A stretch of 32,000 bases of DNA, taken from assembly GCF_003001995.1 (NCBI RefSeq), contig NZ_PVNB01000019.1, positions 29,120-61,119 on the forward strand. Reading direction: 5' to 3'. Shown one piece after another: positions 1-10,140 of this stretch. Made by a program: the position numbers and the translations under genes. Each line of letters opens with the position of its first letter. Within the stretch, counting starts at the first letter, position 1. The stretch comes from Orenia metallireducens. Its GTDB lineage: Bacteria > Bacillota > Halanaerobiia > Halobacteroidales > Halobacteroidaceae. The notes under the pieces are model-generated. The model was given only the letters and a program-made list of their open reading frames with translations. It did not search any database and had not been told where the DNA came from.

Positions 1-2825
1 AGTTTAACCTGCAACTGCGCTACATCAATTTCAATCTTATTATACTCTTTTTGTAGCTTTTCATATCTAGCTCTAATATCCTTAGATTCCTGTTGATATG
101 AATTGATCTTAGCTTTAATCTCTGAAATCTCTATTCTAAATTCATCAAGAAGATTCTTTAAGCGGACAACCTCCTTGCTCATCTCTTCCTTCTCTTTATC
201 TAGCTCTTGCTTTCTGAAATTAAGTTGTTTATCCTTATCCATCAAGCGTTTTATCTCTTCTTCTTTATTAGTAATTTCATCCTTAGCATAGGCTATTGCC
301 TTCTCTTTAGACTCTAGCTCTTCAGCCAAGCTTCCTTTTTCTTGCCTTAAAGCAGCTATACTTACCTTCAGCTCTGTAATCTCATCTGTGTATAAAGCTT
401 TAGTTGCCTCTAGCTTTTTTATCTTCTCTTCTAGCTCTATAACCCTCTCTTTAATACTAGAATCATCATTGTTCAATCTACTTAAAGCTTGAGATAACTC
501 TTTGCTCTCAGACTCTAAACTGATAATCTCTTGCCTTAGCTCTTTTATTCTAGAGTCTTTAGCAGCCAACTCACCTCTTAATCGCTCTACCTCTCTGTTA
601 GCCTGTTGATAGTCCTTTAAGTAATTGGCCTCTTTAAGCTCTAGTTGGTGAACCTGTTCTTCTACCTTAGTTAATTTATTCTCAGATTCAACTAAACTCT
701 CTTTTACCTTAAGACCTGATTCTTCTCTTTTCTTTAATTTAAGAGTCAAATCTTCAACCTGATTAGATAAAACCCCAATCTCTCTAGAACGCCCCAATAA
801 ATTGTTGTTCTGATTGCGGCTTCCTCCTGTCATAGCACCTCCAGGGTTAACTACATCACCATCTAAGGTCACTACCTTTACCCTCTTATCAGCAGCCTTG
901 GATACTTTAACAGCAGCATCAATATCCTTGGCGATAATTACCCTACCAAGGAGGTTCTCGATAATATTCTGATATTTTGAATCATAGCTGATTAAATCTT
1001 TGGCAACACCAATAGCTCCTTCTATCTTTAAGGCAGAGAGTTCAGATTGGTTTAAAGAGCGAGAAGATATTAAGTTAAGGGGCAAGAAGGTAGCTCGTCC
1101 ACCCTTGCTAGTCTTTAAATATCTAATTGCTTGTTTGGCAACCTGATCATTCTCTACAACAACATTCTGTAAAGTACTACCTAAAGAGACTTCAATAGCC
1201 GTTTCATACTCTTGGGGTGTATTAATTAATTCTGCTATTACCCCACAAACACCTTTTATCTGCTCACTATCTTCAATATGTTTAAATAGATTCTTAACCC
1301 CTCTATAGTAGCCTTCATAGTTCTCTTCCATCCCTTCAAGAACCTTTAATCTTGAGCTTTTAGCATTTAAGCTATCTTTTATCTCTTCATACTCATCCCT
1401 TAAGGAAGTTAAGCTGTCTTGGAGCTGGCTATTGTTAGTTTTTTCTCTATTATATTCATTACGATAATCACTTATGTTCTTTTTAATCTCTTCTAGTCTA
1501 CTCTCTTTATTTCTCATCTCTTCTAAGGCTTTATCAACTTCTTTAGTTAAAGACTCTCTTTGCTCCACTAAAGCAGTTATATCCTCTTGATAACGTCTGA
1601 TATCTCTACTTGCTGTCTCTAATTGATGTTGCTGCCTATTAATTTTAGTAATCTGCTTTAATTGATTATCTTGAAAGCCTTTCTTGACCGCAAATTTCTC
1701 ATCTAATTCTCTAGATAAAGTATCTAACTCTTTATTCTTCTGATCCAATAACAAAGACTTTTCTTTGATCTTCTCTAGTAACTCTATCTCTTTCTTATCT
1801 TTTTTTGCAATCTCCTCTTTATTTAAGTTAATCCTCTCTTTTAACCGATTAATCTCACTCTCTAGTCTACCCTTCTGCTCTAGAATATTATCCTGTTGCT
1901 GTTTAGCCAAAGTTAATTTGTTCTCAATCCGCTCTACACTACTTTTAGCCTCAAAGATATTCTCCTTTTGCTGGTCAGAATCTGCTGTTAGCTCCTCTAA
2001 GCGTTCCTTCTCCTTGCCTATTCTCAAATCATATTCACTTACAGCTGATTTTGCCTCAGTTAGTTGATAAGATAGTCGTTGCTTACTAGTAATATCTTGG
2101 TCAAGCTTCTCTTCTAATTCCAAATAAATATTAGCTAGTAAGTTAACCTCTAACTCTTTTAGTTCACTTCTATACTCTTGATATTTTTTCGCCTTCTTAG
2201 ACTCTTTCTCTAAAGGCTCTACTTGCCTCTCTATTTCATGGATAATATCCTTTATTCGCTGTAGCTTCTGCTCTGTACTATCTAACTTCTTTTCTGCCTC
2301 TTCTTTACGGCTCTTATGCTTACTGATTCCAGCAGCCTCTTCAAAAAGCTCCCTTCTATCTACAGAGTTTTCACTTAAAATAGCTTCAACCTTTCCCTGT
2401 CCAATTATCGAATAAGCATCCTTACCAATCCCTGTATCCATAAATAGTTCCTTAATATCCTTTAAACGGCAGGTATTATTATTGATTAGATAGTCACTCT
2501 CTCCACTACGGGTTACTCGTCTACCAATAATCACCTCTTTATAATCAATCGGTAGAGCACCATCACGATTATCCAGGGTCAAGGTAACCTCTGCTAAACC
2601 TAAGGCTCTTCTTTTGCCACTTCCTGCAAAGATAACGTCCTCCATCTTGCCTCCCCTTAAGGTTTTGGCACTCTGCTCACCTAATACCCAACGGATAGCA
2701 TCAGAGATATTACTTTTTCCACTACCATTAGGACCTATAATTCCTGTAATAGCAGGCTCAAAATCTACCTTTACCCTATCAGCAAAGGATTTAAAGCCTT
2801 TAATGGTTATACTTTTAAGAAACAT
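1..2825 (-). CDS. smc: Chromosome segregation protein SMC, N-terminal ~941 codons; the C-terminus lies beyond the left window edge
   Basis: Absent from the ORF track because there is no stop in the window. Reverse-strand translation from the ATG at 2825 gives MFLKSITIKGFKSFADRVKVDFEPAITGIIGPNGSGKSNISDAIRWVLGEQSAKTLRGGKMEDVIFAGS (SMC head, Walker A GPNGSGKS). GGAGG SD lies 6 nt upstream. Long K/E/L/Q-rich coiled coil. Hinge-like KGGRATFLPLNL near 1080-1115. I checked the frame by hand only at the start and at the left edge and found no stop there. Confidence 0.9.
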   Translation of the reverse strand, partial: MFLKSITIKGFKSFADRVKVDFEPAITGIIGPNGSGKSNISDAIRWVLGEQSAKTLRGGKMEDVIFAGSGKRRALGLAEVTLTLDNRDGALPIDYKEVIIGRRVTRSGESDYLINNNTCRLKDIKELFMDTGIGKDAYSIIGQGKVEAILSENSVDRRELFEEAAGISKHKSRKEEAEKKLDSTEQKLQRIKDIIHEIERQVEPLEKESKKAKKYQEYRSELKELEVNLLANIYLELEEKLDQDITSKQRLSYQLTEAKSAVSEYDLRIGKEKERLEELTADSDQQKENIFEAKSSVERIENKLTLAKQQQDNILEQKGRLESEINRLKERINLNKEEIAKKDKKEIELLEKIKEKSLLLDQKNKELDTLSRELDEKFAVKKGFQDNQLKQITKINRQQHQLETASRDIRRYQEDITALVEQRESLTKEVDKALEEMRNKESRLEEIKKNISDYRNEYNREKTNNSQLQDSLTSLRDEYEEIKDSLNAKSSRLKVLEGMEENYEGYYRGVKNLFKHIEDSEQIKGVCGVIAELINTPQEYETAIEVSLGSTLQNVVVENDQVAKQAIRYLKTSKGGRATFLPLNLISSRSLNQSELSALKIEGAIGVAKDLISYDSKYQNIIENLLGRVIIAKDIDAAVKVSKAADKRVKVVTLDGDVVNPGGAMTGGSRNQNNNLLGRSREIGVLSNQVEDLTLKLKKREESGLKVKESLVESENKLTKVEEQVHQLELKEANYLKDYQQANREVERLRGELAAKDSRIKELRQEIISLESESKELSQALSRLNNDDSSIKERVIELEEKIKKLEATKALYTDEITELKVSIAALRQEKGSLAEELESKEKAIAYAKDEITNKEEEIKRLMDKDKQLNFRKQELDKEKEEMSKEVVRLKNLLDEFRIEISEIKAKINSYQQESKDIRARYEKLQKEYNKIEIDVAQLQVK

Positions 2826-3012
2826 AACTTTCCTCCTTTCTTGCATATAGACTTGTAAAATATATTCTATTAAACGTAAAATTCTTTTTATAGTTTAGCT
2901 ATTGTAATACTTTTAGTCTAAGATTAAGGTTTTACTTAGTCTTAAATTTATTCTGTATTTTATATAGGCTCAAATTTTATTTTAACATAAATATAGCAAA
3001 AAATAAACAAAA

Positions 3013-3047
3013 CTATAACCCCACCTTAAAAGCTAGCAGGGTTATAG
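3013..3047 (-). terminator. Rho-independent terminator after spoVS
   Basis: CTATAACCC / GGGTTATAG stem with a 17-nt loop, followed on the minus strand by TTTTGTTTATTTTTT. Confidence 0.7.
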
Positions 3048-3070
3048 TCTTTATTCGATATTAATTTTAA

Positions 3071-3331
3071 TTATCTTGGTTCAACAATAAACTTAATGGC
3101 AGTTCTTTCTTGCCCATCAATTTCAATTTCAGAAAAAGCAGGAATCGCAACTAAATCTATACCATTTGGTGCTATAAATCCTCTTACAATGGCAATCGCT
3201 TTCACAGCTTGATTTATAGCTCCAGCTCCAACACCCTGTAGCTCTGCTCTACCTTCTTCACGTATTACAGCAGCTAATGCTCCAGCTACAGATTTAGGCT
3301 TTGAAGTTGATGATACTTTCAATATTTCCAT
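3071..3331 (-). CDS. spoVS: Stage V sporulation protein S
   Basis: 86 aa, MEILKVSSTSKPKSVAGALAAVIREEGRAELQGVGAGAINQAVKAIAI..., the characteristic SpoVS sequence. GGGAGG SD upstream. Confidence 0.9.
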   Translation of the reverse strand: MEILKVSSTSKPKSVAGALAAVIREEGRAELQGVGAGAINQAVKAIAIVRGFIAPNGIDLVAIPAFSEIEIDGQERTAIKFIVEPR

Positions 3332-3425
3332 ATTATTTCCTCCCTTAATTTAGCCTATTAATTATTCCTTATATTCATATATAGTAAGTTAGCTGCTATA
3401 TTATGACTAATTTAGAAAATAAAAT

Positions 3426-4442
3426 TTAGTAAATAACGTTTATTTTAATCTTGCCCCTAGCTAAAGTATCATCATCCTTGATAATTATCTCTTGAAGTTT
3501 GTAATGATTATACAAGTACTCTAAATTACTATTCTTCTGTCCTCTAAGATTGGAGATATCTTTGGAATTAACCGTTAATTCTAATTTATTAATAGTTTTT
3601 TCTCTAATCTCATCTTCAATTTTATTCAATAGTAACTTAGATTCTACTAATTGTCTAAAGGAAGGATGAAAAGGTCCTGCTAAAACCTCTGTAGAATTGA
3701 CCCCCTCAGAAGGCTGGAGCCCAACTCTAATTATATCAATCCCAGCTTTTTTGAAATTCTCTACTAATTGAGCACTGATAGCAACTGCCTCTGCTAATGA
3801 TAAAGGCTCATACTTACCTGCTTTATATAGCTTAGCTAATTGAGTATTTTTGATGACCAAGGTAGGATATATCCGTACAAAATCTGGATTAAGCTTAATA
3901 ACCTCTGTTACTGTATCTAAATCAGAAGTTTCCGTACTGTTAGGTAGACCAGGCATAACCTGTAACCCTAATTTAAAGTCATACTCTTTGATTAAAGAGA
4001 CCGCCTTCTTAACATCTGCTCTACTATGTCCCCTGATTGCAGCAGTTAATACATCATCGTCTAGAGATTGAACCCCTAATTCAATAGTCCCTACACCATA
4101 TTCTTTTAACCTATCTAATATCTCCAGATCTATATAATCAGGTCTAGTAGATAACCTAATCCCAGTAATATCCCCTTTATCTAAGAAGATTTTTGCAACT
4201 GATAGTAGCTCCAGCTGATATTTGGGGTCAATTCCTGTAAAGCTACCTCCATAAAAGGCAACCTCTATCCTTGTAGCTGTTTTGGGAATTGTGCTTAAAT
4301 ATTCATTGATCTTAGCCAAGACTTCTTCCTGGCTTAAATCCTTTGTAACACCTGTAATCTCCCGCTGATTACAGAAGACACAGTCATGGGGACAGCCCAA
4401 GTGGGGAACAAAGATGGGAATAATATAATTACTCTTGCTCAT
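3426..4442 (-). CDS. Radical SAM protein (ELP3-like family)
   Basis: CxxxCxxC cluster motif GCPHDCVFCNQ at residues 16-26. 338 aa. Start overlaps the rluB stop by 14 nt. Confidence 0.75.
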   Translation of the reverse strand: MSKSNYIIPIFVPHLGCPHDCVFCNQREITGVTKDLSQEEVLAKINEYLSTIPKTATRIEVAFYGGSFTGIDPKYQLELLSVAKIFLDKGDITGIRLSTRPDYIDLEILDRLKEYGVGTIELGVQSLDDDVLTAAIRGHSRADVKKAVSLIKEYDFKLGLQVMPGLPNSTETSDLDTVTEVIKLNPDFVRIYPTLVIKNTQLAKLYKAGKYEPLSLAEAVAISAQLVENFKKAGIDIIRVGLQPSEGVNSTEVLAGPFHPSFRQLVESKLLLNKIEDEIREKTINKLELTVNSKDISNLRGQKNSNLEYLYNHYKLQEIIIKDDDTLARGKIKINVIY

Positions 4443-5166
4443 TTTCCTTTACCTGCCTAGCAATCTCTTTAAGTTCTTGAATCTCATCATACTTTAAAAA
4501 TCTATATGTACCCAACTTCAAATCCTCATCTAAGGATAAAGGTCCCATTTTAATCCTCTTTAATTCTAATACTGGATGGCCTACTGACTTGAGCATCCTC
4601 TTAACCTGATGCTTTCTTCCTTCATGAATCTCTAAAGATACTATTGATTTATTATTAAATTCTACAACCCTTTCTGCTTTAGCAGGTGCAGTCCACCCAT
4701 CACCTAAGTGTACTCCACGCTCTAAAGCTTTTAACTTAGCATCATTAGGTACTCCATCAACAGTAGCCAAGTATTCCTTACTGATTTGGTGGCTAGGATG
4801 GGTTAGAGCATAGGCAACCTCACCATCATTGGTTAATAATAATAGACCTTCGGTATCATAATCTAATCTCCCTACTGGATATACTCTCTCTTTTACCTTA
4901 ACTAGATCTATTACTGTCTTTCTTCCCTTAGGATCACTTACTGTTGTAACACATTCTCTGGGTTTATTTAATAAGATATAGACCAATTTCTCTTTCTTAA
5001 TCTTCTTATCATTTACCTCTATATCATCTTGCTGTGGATTAACCTTAAATCCCAATTCTTTTACCACCTTGCCATTAACCTTTACTTTACCTTGCTCTAT
5101 CAACTTTTCACTCTGTCGTCTTGATGCTACTCCTGCTCTAGCCATTACTTTCTGTAATCTCTCCAT
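4429..5166 (-). CDS. rluB: 23S rRNA pseudouridine synthase, RsuA/RluB family
   Basis: N-terminal S4 domain (RLQKVMARAGVASRRQSEKLIEQGKVKVNG). Catalytic-Asp motif GRLDYDTEGLLLLTNDG. GAGGTG SD. Confidence 0.85.
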   Translation of the reverse strand: MERLQKVMARAGVASRRQSEKLIEQGKVKVNGKVVKELGFKVNPQQDDIEVNDKKIKKEKLVYILLNKPRECVTTVSDPKGRKTVIDLVKVKERVYPVGRLDYDTEGLLLLTNDGEVAYALTHPSHQISKEYLATVDGVPNDAKLKALERGVHLGDGWTAPAKAERVVEFNNKSIVSLEIHEGRKHQVKRMLKSVGHPVLELKRIKMGPLSLDEDLKLGTYRFLKYDEIQELKEIARQVKENEQE

Positions 5167-5237
5167 TAACTAACACCTCAATTTATTTATTTGTTGCTAC
5201 AGTTATTCTTATTCTAGTATAATAGTAAATCTCCTTG

Positions 5238-6359
5238 TTAAAAATAGATTTGGATTTCAGCTGATAGCTTCTTCCAGAAATTATTGACTGCAGAATCTTC
5301 AACATAACGGTCAGAGATTAGATCTATTCTATCCAATAGATTATCATCCTTATCATATAAAGCAATATTGCCTAATTTTTCCCCTTTCTTGATTGGTAAA
5401 GTGATATCATTCTTAACATCAATTACTTTCTTTATCTTAGTACTGCTACCTTTAGGGAGGACATAATTAAACTCCTTAGCAGCCTTTAACTTTATCTTTT
5501 GCTCATGAATAGAGATTTGATGAACCTCTTCTCCTTTAGCAATCACTTCTACCTTCTGATAACGATTAAAACCATAATTTAATAAAGCTAAAGATTCATT
5601 CCACATCGCCCCACTCTTTAGAACTACACTAACCAACTGTTGACCATTTTTAGTAGCAGAAGAGACCAAACACCTTCCTGCTGCTCTAGTATAACCAGTT
5701 TTAACACCATCAACTATATCAGAGCGGGTTAATAATTTATTGGTATTGCTTAAGATTCTATCCCAACTATGACCAGGCCACTCAATTCTCTTCTTTTTTG
5801 TTGAAACCACCTTAGCAAAGATGGGATTTTGTAGAGCATAACGGGCTACCTGTGCCAAATCATAGGCTGTTGTTAGATGACCCTCTTGGGGTAAACCATT
5901 GGGATTTTTAAAGGTTGTATGTAAAGCACCTACTTCTCTTGCTTTAAGATTCATCAACTTGGCAAAATTCTCTACAGAACCACCAATGTGTTCAGCAATT
6001 GCTACAGCTGCATCATTACCTGATTTTAATAAAAGACCATAGACCATCTCTTCTAAGGTTAAAGTTTCATCAGGAACCAAATAGATTGAAGAACCACCTT
6101 CGTAGGCTGCTCGTTTACTAGCAGTTACTTTGTCAGAAAGATTGCCATTCTCTATTGCTAAGATTCCAGTCATAATCTTAGTAGTACTAGCAGGAGCACG
6201 ACGCTGATGAATATTCTTCTGATAAAGTATCTGACCAGTCTCTACATCCATTAAGATCGCTGCTTGTGCAGATAATTGAGGATATGCTAAAGCAATTGCA
6301 TTAACCGTTAAAACTAAGCTACAAACTATTATTAATGTTATTAAGTATCTTTTAATCAT
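5238..6359 (-). CDS. dacB: Serine-type D-alanyl-D-alanine carboxypeptidase (PBP5*-like)
   Basis: SxxK (ASTTK), SxN (SGND) and KTG (KTGYT) motifs. I place the start at the ATG at 6359 (MIKRYLITLIIVCSLVLTVNAIALA, a signal peptide preceded by GGAGGTG), not the ORF-track start at 6467, which overlaps ytfJ. The symbol is assigned from my recollection of scpAB...dacB...rluB synteny in Bacillus. Confidence 0.8.
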   Translation of the reverse strand: MIKRYLITLIIVCSLVLTVNAIALAYPQLSAQAAILMDVETGQILYQKNIHQRRAPASTTKIMTGILAIENGNLSDKVTASKRAAYEGGSSIYLVPDETLTLEEMVYGLLLKSGNDAAVAIAEHIGGSVENFAKLMNLKAREVGALHTTFKNPNGLPQEGHLTTAYDLAQVARYALQNPIFAKVVSTKKKRIEWPGHSWDRILSNTNKLLTRSDIVDGVKTGYTRAAGRCLVSSATKNGQQLVSVVLKSGAMWNESLALLNYGFNRYQKVEVIAKGEEVHQISIHEQKIKLKAAKEFNYVLPKGSSTKIKKVIDVKNDITLPIKKGEKLGNIALYDKDDNLLDRIDLISDRYVEDSAVNNFWKKLSAEIQIYF

Positions 6360-6417
6360 GATTACACCTCCAAAAAATTCAAAGGAAAAGTGAAGGTTCC
6401 CCTTCACTTTTAGTCTT

Positions 6418-6864
6418 TTATACACTAATCTCCACATTTGTATTATCTTCTTTCTTGTTCTTGTCATTCTGTTTAGTAAGACCTTTGAGATGATCTAATA
6501 ATTCAGGAGCCAAGTTTACTAGCCGCTCAACAACGGCATTGTTATTAACTGGCAATAATCTTACTTGACCTTCACTGACTACTAAAAAAGCAATCGGCTG
6601 TAGCATTACCCCAGCTCCACTACCTCCACCAAAGTTTGTACCCTTAGCTGAATTTCTTTCTCTATCCTTATCTTCACCATTGTTCTTTTTTAATAGATAT
6701 TCAGCACCACCAGCCGCAAAACCAAAATTGACCTTTGAAACAGGGATGATTACACTGCCATCCTTGGTCTCTACTGGATCTCCTACAATAGTATTTACAT
6801 CAACCATAGTTTTTATATTCTCCATTGCTGTGGACATTATATTTTCAATTGGATGATCGGCCAT
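6418..6864 (-). CDS. ytfJ: Sporulation protein YtfJ (GerW family)
   Basis: 148 aa, MADHPIENIMSTAMENIKTMVDVNTIVGDPVETKDGSVIIPVSKVNFGFAAGG..., typical YtfJ/GerW. Overlaps ytfI by 20 nt. Confidence 0.8.
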   Translation of the reverse strand: MADHPIENIMSTAMENIKTMVDVNTIVGDPVETKDGSVIIPVSKVNFGFAAGGAEYLLKKNNGEDKDRERNSAKGTNFGGGSGAGVMLQPIAFLVVSEGQVRLLPVNNNAVVERLVNLAPELLDHLKGLTKQNDKNKKEDNTNVEISV

Positions 6865-7501
6865 TTCCCTTTAACCTCCTTTTGAGTTGAGAAATTAATA
6901 TCTTCAATCCCATATGTATAATATCACCTATCTTAAAAGTAAATATACCCTCAAATTCCATACCAAAATCCTGAGGATAATTAAAAGAAGGCTCGACTTG
7001 AATAACAGGTACAGCTTCAAATCTTATAAAATTTTGTAAAATAGAGACAACAGAACCTTTAACTGCCCAAATCATTCCTGTTAAAATTCCTGTATAAGCC
7101 TGATTTATCAGTCCAAAGTTTGTAACCCACCAAAAATCATCACATTTATCAATTATCACTACAACATCTTCTATATGTGTAAAAACCTTTTTGACTTGAT
7201 TGAAAAAGTTAATAATATGTGCTATATCACCCTTATTTCTTTCTCCTTTTTCTAACTTCTCATCTATCTTCACTTCCCTTTTAAACCTTTCATTTACCCT
7301 AGCTTTAAATTCAAAATCTGAGAAGGAAAACCGCTCCTCAATCTCTACATAAGGTAATTTGAATCTATATTTAAAGAAGGTAAAATTGAGTTTAGCTACC
7401 AAATCATCACCTTCTTGCTGGACATTAATATCAATCATAAACCTTATCTTGCCAAAGCGTAAAATAATTAAGATTAAAAGGATTAAAATTAATATTATCA
7501 T
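6845..7501 (-). CDS. ytfI: DUF2953-type sporulation membrane protein (YtfI-like)
   Basis: 218 aa with an N-terminal TM helix (MIILILILLILIIL). Sits immediately upstream of and overlapping ytfJ, as in the Bacillus ytfI-ytfJ pair. AAAGGGGGA SD. Confidence 0.6.
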   Translation of the reverse strand: MIILILILLILIILRFGKIRFMIDINVQQEGDDLVAKLNFTFFKYRFKLPYVEIEERFSFSDFEFKARVNERFKREVKIDEKLEKGERNKGDIAHIINFFNQVKKVFTHIEDVVVIIDKCDDFWWVTNFGLINQAYTGILTGMIWAVKGSVVSILQNFIRFEAVPVIQVEPSFNYPQDFGMEFEGIFTFKIGDIIHMGLKILISQLKRRLKGNGRSSN

Positions 7502-7528
7502 GTGATCCCCCTTTCAACCTATAATAGT

Positions 7529-7558
7529 TATCTTATCCATAGCTTCTAAATTGTATAC
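7529..7558 (-). promoter_or_regulatory. Possible forespore (sigma-F-like) promoter for ytfI-ytfJ-dacB
   Basis: Minus strand reads GTATA-N15-GGATAAGATA, ending 27 nt before the ytfI ATG. It matches the remembered sigma-F pattern GYATA-N15-GGnRAnAnTW with 2 mismatches in the -10 element. Weak call. Confidence 0.25.
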
Positions 7559-7692
7559 TAACTTTATTAATTTGCTAAGCTTTCTAAAGCTAAATCTAAG
7601 ATATAAAAAGTAAAGATACAATTTCATTATTCCTTTTAGGATAATATAAAATACAGACTAGTAAAAATTTATAATTGTATCTTTAAATGACA

Positions 7693-7720
7693 AAAGAACT
7701 TGAGCTAGCTCAAGTTCTTT
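7693..7720 (-). terminator. Second hairpin downstream of scpB
   Basis: Perfect palindrome AAAGAACTTGAGCTAGCTCAAGTTCTTT, followed on the minus strand by TGTCATTT. Confidence 0.5.
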
Positions 7721-7773
7721 AATTTAGATCCATATATTGTAATAACTTGATAATCATAATATTACTCTAAAAA

Positions 7774-7805
7774 AATAATCAGGTGCTTACAAGCACCTGA
7801 TTATT
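7774..7805 (-). terminator. Rho-independent terminator after scpB
   Basis: AATAATCAGGTGCTT / AAGCACCTGATTATT stem directly after the scpB stop, followed on the minus strand by TTTTTTTAGAG. Confidence 0.85.
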
Positions 7806-7806
7806 C

Positions 7807-8376
7807 TTAGTTATCCTCTATATTATCAATTGCTTTCTCTATCTCTTCATCATATAACTCTGTAAACTCCTGAGCTGGTGGTAGCTCATCTAAGCTATTT
7901 AACCCCATATACTGTAAGAATTCAGCTGTAGTTCCATAAAGAATTGGATTTCCTATAGTATCCTTTCTCCCTTGCTCTTCTATTAAGCCTCGCTTCTGTA
8001 ACGTCTTTAAAGCCTTTTCAACATTGACACCTCTAATATCCTCAACCTCTGCTCTAGTAGCAGGCTGTTTATAGGCAATAATCGCTAAGGTCTCTAAAGC
8101 AGCTTGGCTTAAAGTATTATTCATCTCCGGTTTATGTAACTCTTTGATAAAAGGTAGAAATTCTGCTTTAGTCTGTAATTGATAGCCATTACTGACCTGT
8201 ACCAACTCAATTCCCTTATCTCCCCTAGTATACTCTGCTTCAAGTAACTCTAAAGCATCTTTGATATCTTTAACTCCAATATCCAAGACCTCTTTGATCA
8301 CCTTAATTGGCAAAGGGTCTGTTGCCATAAACAATAATGCTTCTATTGCAGCCTTTACTTCAACTTTACTTAGCAC
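7807..8376 (-). CDS. scpB: Segregation and condensation protein B
   Basis: 189 aa, AIEALLFMATDPLPIKVI...GYQLQTK...LSQAALETLAIIAYKQPATRAEVEDIRGV (ScpB winged-helix repeats). GTG start overlaps the scpA stop. Confidence 0.9.
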   Translation of the reverse strand: MLSKVEVKAAIEALLFMATDPLPIKVIKEVLDIGVKDIKDALELLEAEYTRGDKGIELVQVSNGYQLQTKAEFLPFIKELHKPEMNNTLSQAALETLAIIAYKQPATRAEVEDIRGVNVEKALKTLQKRGLIEEQGRKDTIGNPILYGTTAEFLQYMGLNSLDELPPAQEFTELYDEEIEKAIDNIEDN

Positions 8377-9137
8377 CGACCACCACTCCCTAAACGGTAA
8401 ATCATAATCTCATCAAAGTTATTATCCTGTTTAATCTTGACCTCATTAATCTTAATCAGCTCTAATAATGCCATAAAAGTAACAACTACCTCTAATCTAG
8501 AGCTGAATTGAGAGAACAATTCCATAAAACTAATTTCACCATCAACTACAACTAATCTTTGCATTATATAACCCTGTTGCTCTTTGATAGTAATTTCTTC
8601 TGCCTTTAAGTGGTCTAAAGTATCTACATGCTGTTCTTCCTTCTTATCAACCTTCTTATTTTTACCTTTCTTCAATGCTGTATGGAAGGCAGAGATGAAT
8701 TGATCTATAGTAACCCCTTCTAGAGGATTAGACTTTTCAAACTCCAACTCACTTAACAAAGGAGCTACATTACGAGTATATGACTTTCGCTGCTTCTGCT
8801 CAAAATCCTGTAGCTCTAAAGCCAATTGTTTATACTTCTTATACTCTAGTAGCTTCTCCACCAACTCTTGGCGAGGGTCTACCTCTTCCTCATCATCGCC
8901 ACTTCTCTCTTTAGGCAATAAGGTCTGGGCTTTGATCTCCATTAGCTGTGCTGCCATAATTAAAAATTCACTAGCCACATCTAAATCTAACTTCTGCATA
9001 TTAGCAATGTACTCTAAATACTGGCGGGTAATCTCTGCAATGGGAATATCATAAATCTCTACTTTATTCTTCTTCAACAAATGCATTAATAGATCAATAG
9101 GACCTTGAAAAGCATCAATCTTTACCTCATAGCCCAT
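8370..9137 (-). CDS. scpA: Segregation and condensation protein A (kleisin)
   Basis: 255 aa, KIDAFQGPIDLLMHLLKKNKVEIYDIPIAEITRQYLEY, the typical ScpA N-terminus. Adjacent to scpB. Confidence 0.9.
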   Translation of the reverse strand: MGYEVKIDAFQGPIDLLMHLLKKNKVEIYDIPIAEITRQYLEYIANMQKLDLDVASEFLIMAAQLMEIKAQTLLPKERSGDDEEEVDPRQELVEKLLEYKKYKQLALELQDFEQKQRKSYTRNVAPLLSELEFEKSNPLEGVTIDQFISAFHTALKKGKNKKVDKKEEQHVDTLDHLKAEEITIKEQQGYIMQRLVVVDGEISFMELFSQFSSRLEVVVTFMALLELIKINEVKIKQDNNFDEIMIYRLGSGGRC

Positions 9138-9153
9138 ACGCTCACCTCTAACC

Positions 9154-10140
9154 CTATCTTAGATTCATAGCAGTTCTGACTTGAGTTAATGTCTCTTTAG
9201 CTATAGCTCTAGCTTTGTTAGCACCTTCAGCTAAAATTTCATCAACAATTTCAGGCTTAGCCTCTAGCTCTTTTCTCTTTTCATGGATTTCAGATAGGTA
9301 ATCGATAATTGAATCTGATAATATCTTCTTACAATCCATACAGCCTAAAGTAGCATTACGACAGCCCTCTGCCACCTCTTCAACTCTATCTGGAGTAAAT
9401 AATTTATGGTAAGAATAGACTGAACAGACCTCAGGATCACCAGGGTCCTTTAACCTAATTCTTTGTGGATCTGTCACCATACTCTTAACCTTTCTTGCAA
9501 TCTCTTCAGGGCTATCAGCCAAGTAAATAGAGTTGCCATAGCTTTTGCTCATCTTACGACCATCTAAACCTAATAATTTAGTAACCTCACCTAACTTAGC
9601 TTCTGGCTCTGGGAAGGTCTCCACATATAAGTGGTTAAATCTTCGAGCAAGCTCTCTAGTTATCTCAATATGTGGTAGTTGATCCTCTCCAACTGGAACC
9701 GTATCACCCTTAAAAGCTAAGATATCAGCAGCCTGTAAGACTGGATACTCTAATAGTCCAAAAGGAATAGAATCCTTTACTCCCAACTCTTGAACCTGCT
9801 CTTTATAAGTTGGATTTCTCTCTAAGCGTGAAACTGATATAATCATTGATAATAATAGATTCAACTCAGCAATCTCTGGTATATGGGATTGAACAAAAAT
9901 AATACTTCTTTCAGGATCAATCCCTGCAGCAATCCAATCAATCACTTGTCCTCTAATATTATTTTGTAGTTGTTCAGTATCTTCATATTTAGTAGTCAAG
10001 GCATGCCAATCAGCAACCTCAAAGATACAGTTATATTCATCTTGGAGTTGCTTCCAATTATCAAGCACCCCAATTAAATGTCCTAAATGTAATTTTCCAG
10101 TAGGACGCATCCCACTGAATATAGTTCCTTTTTTCGACAT
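9154..10140 (-). CDS. trpS: Tryptophan--tRNA ligase
   Basis: 328 aa. HIGH-type motif (GKLHLGHLIG) and KMSKS (RKMSKS). GGGAGG SD. Confidence 0.9.
   Translation of the reverse strand: MSKKGTIFSGMRPTGKLHLGHLIGVLDNWKQLQDEYNCIFEVADWHALTTKYEDTEQLQNNIRGQVIDWIAAGIDPERSIIFVQSHIPEIAELNLLLSMIISVSRLERNPTYKEQVQELGVKDSIPFGLLEYPVLQAADILAFKGDTVPVGEDQLPHIEITRELARRFNHLYVETFPEPEAKLGEVTKLLGLDGRKMSKSYGNSIYLADSPEEIARKVKSMVTDPQRIRLKDPGDPEVCSVYSYHKLFTPDRVEEVAEGCRNATLGCMDCKKILSDSIIDYLSEIHEKRKELEAKPEIVDEILAEGANKARAIAKETLTQVRTAMNLR

Noticed and set aside
103-2850. Plus-strand ORFs 103-291, 1765-2067 and 2614-2850
   Set aside because: They are antisense to the smc frame I call on the minus strand. Their translations are low-complexity S/L/I/F strings, as expected from reading a K/E-rich coiled-coil gene backwards. 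None has an SD.
3332-3425. Sigma-H type promoter for spoVS (AAGGAATAA)
   Set aside because: There is no properly spaced GAAT -10 element, and the implied start site would fall inside the ribosome-binding site.
6360-6467. 36-codon N-terminal extension of the dacB ORF
   Set aside because: It overlaps the ytfJ 3' end and is followed by an internal ATG with GGAGGTG and a clean signal peptide. The extension is not signal-like.
7514-7627. 37-codon minus-strand ORF (MKLYLYFLYLRFSFRKL...) in the scpB-ytfI gap
   Set aside because: SD spacing is poor (3 nt). The composition mirrors AT-rich non-coding DNA. It would run through the candidate ytfI promoter.
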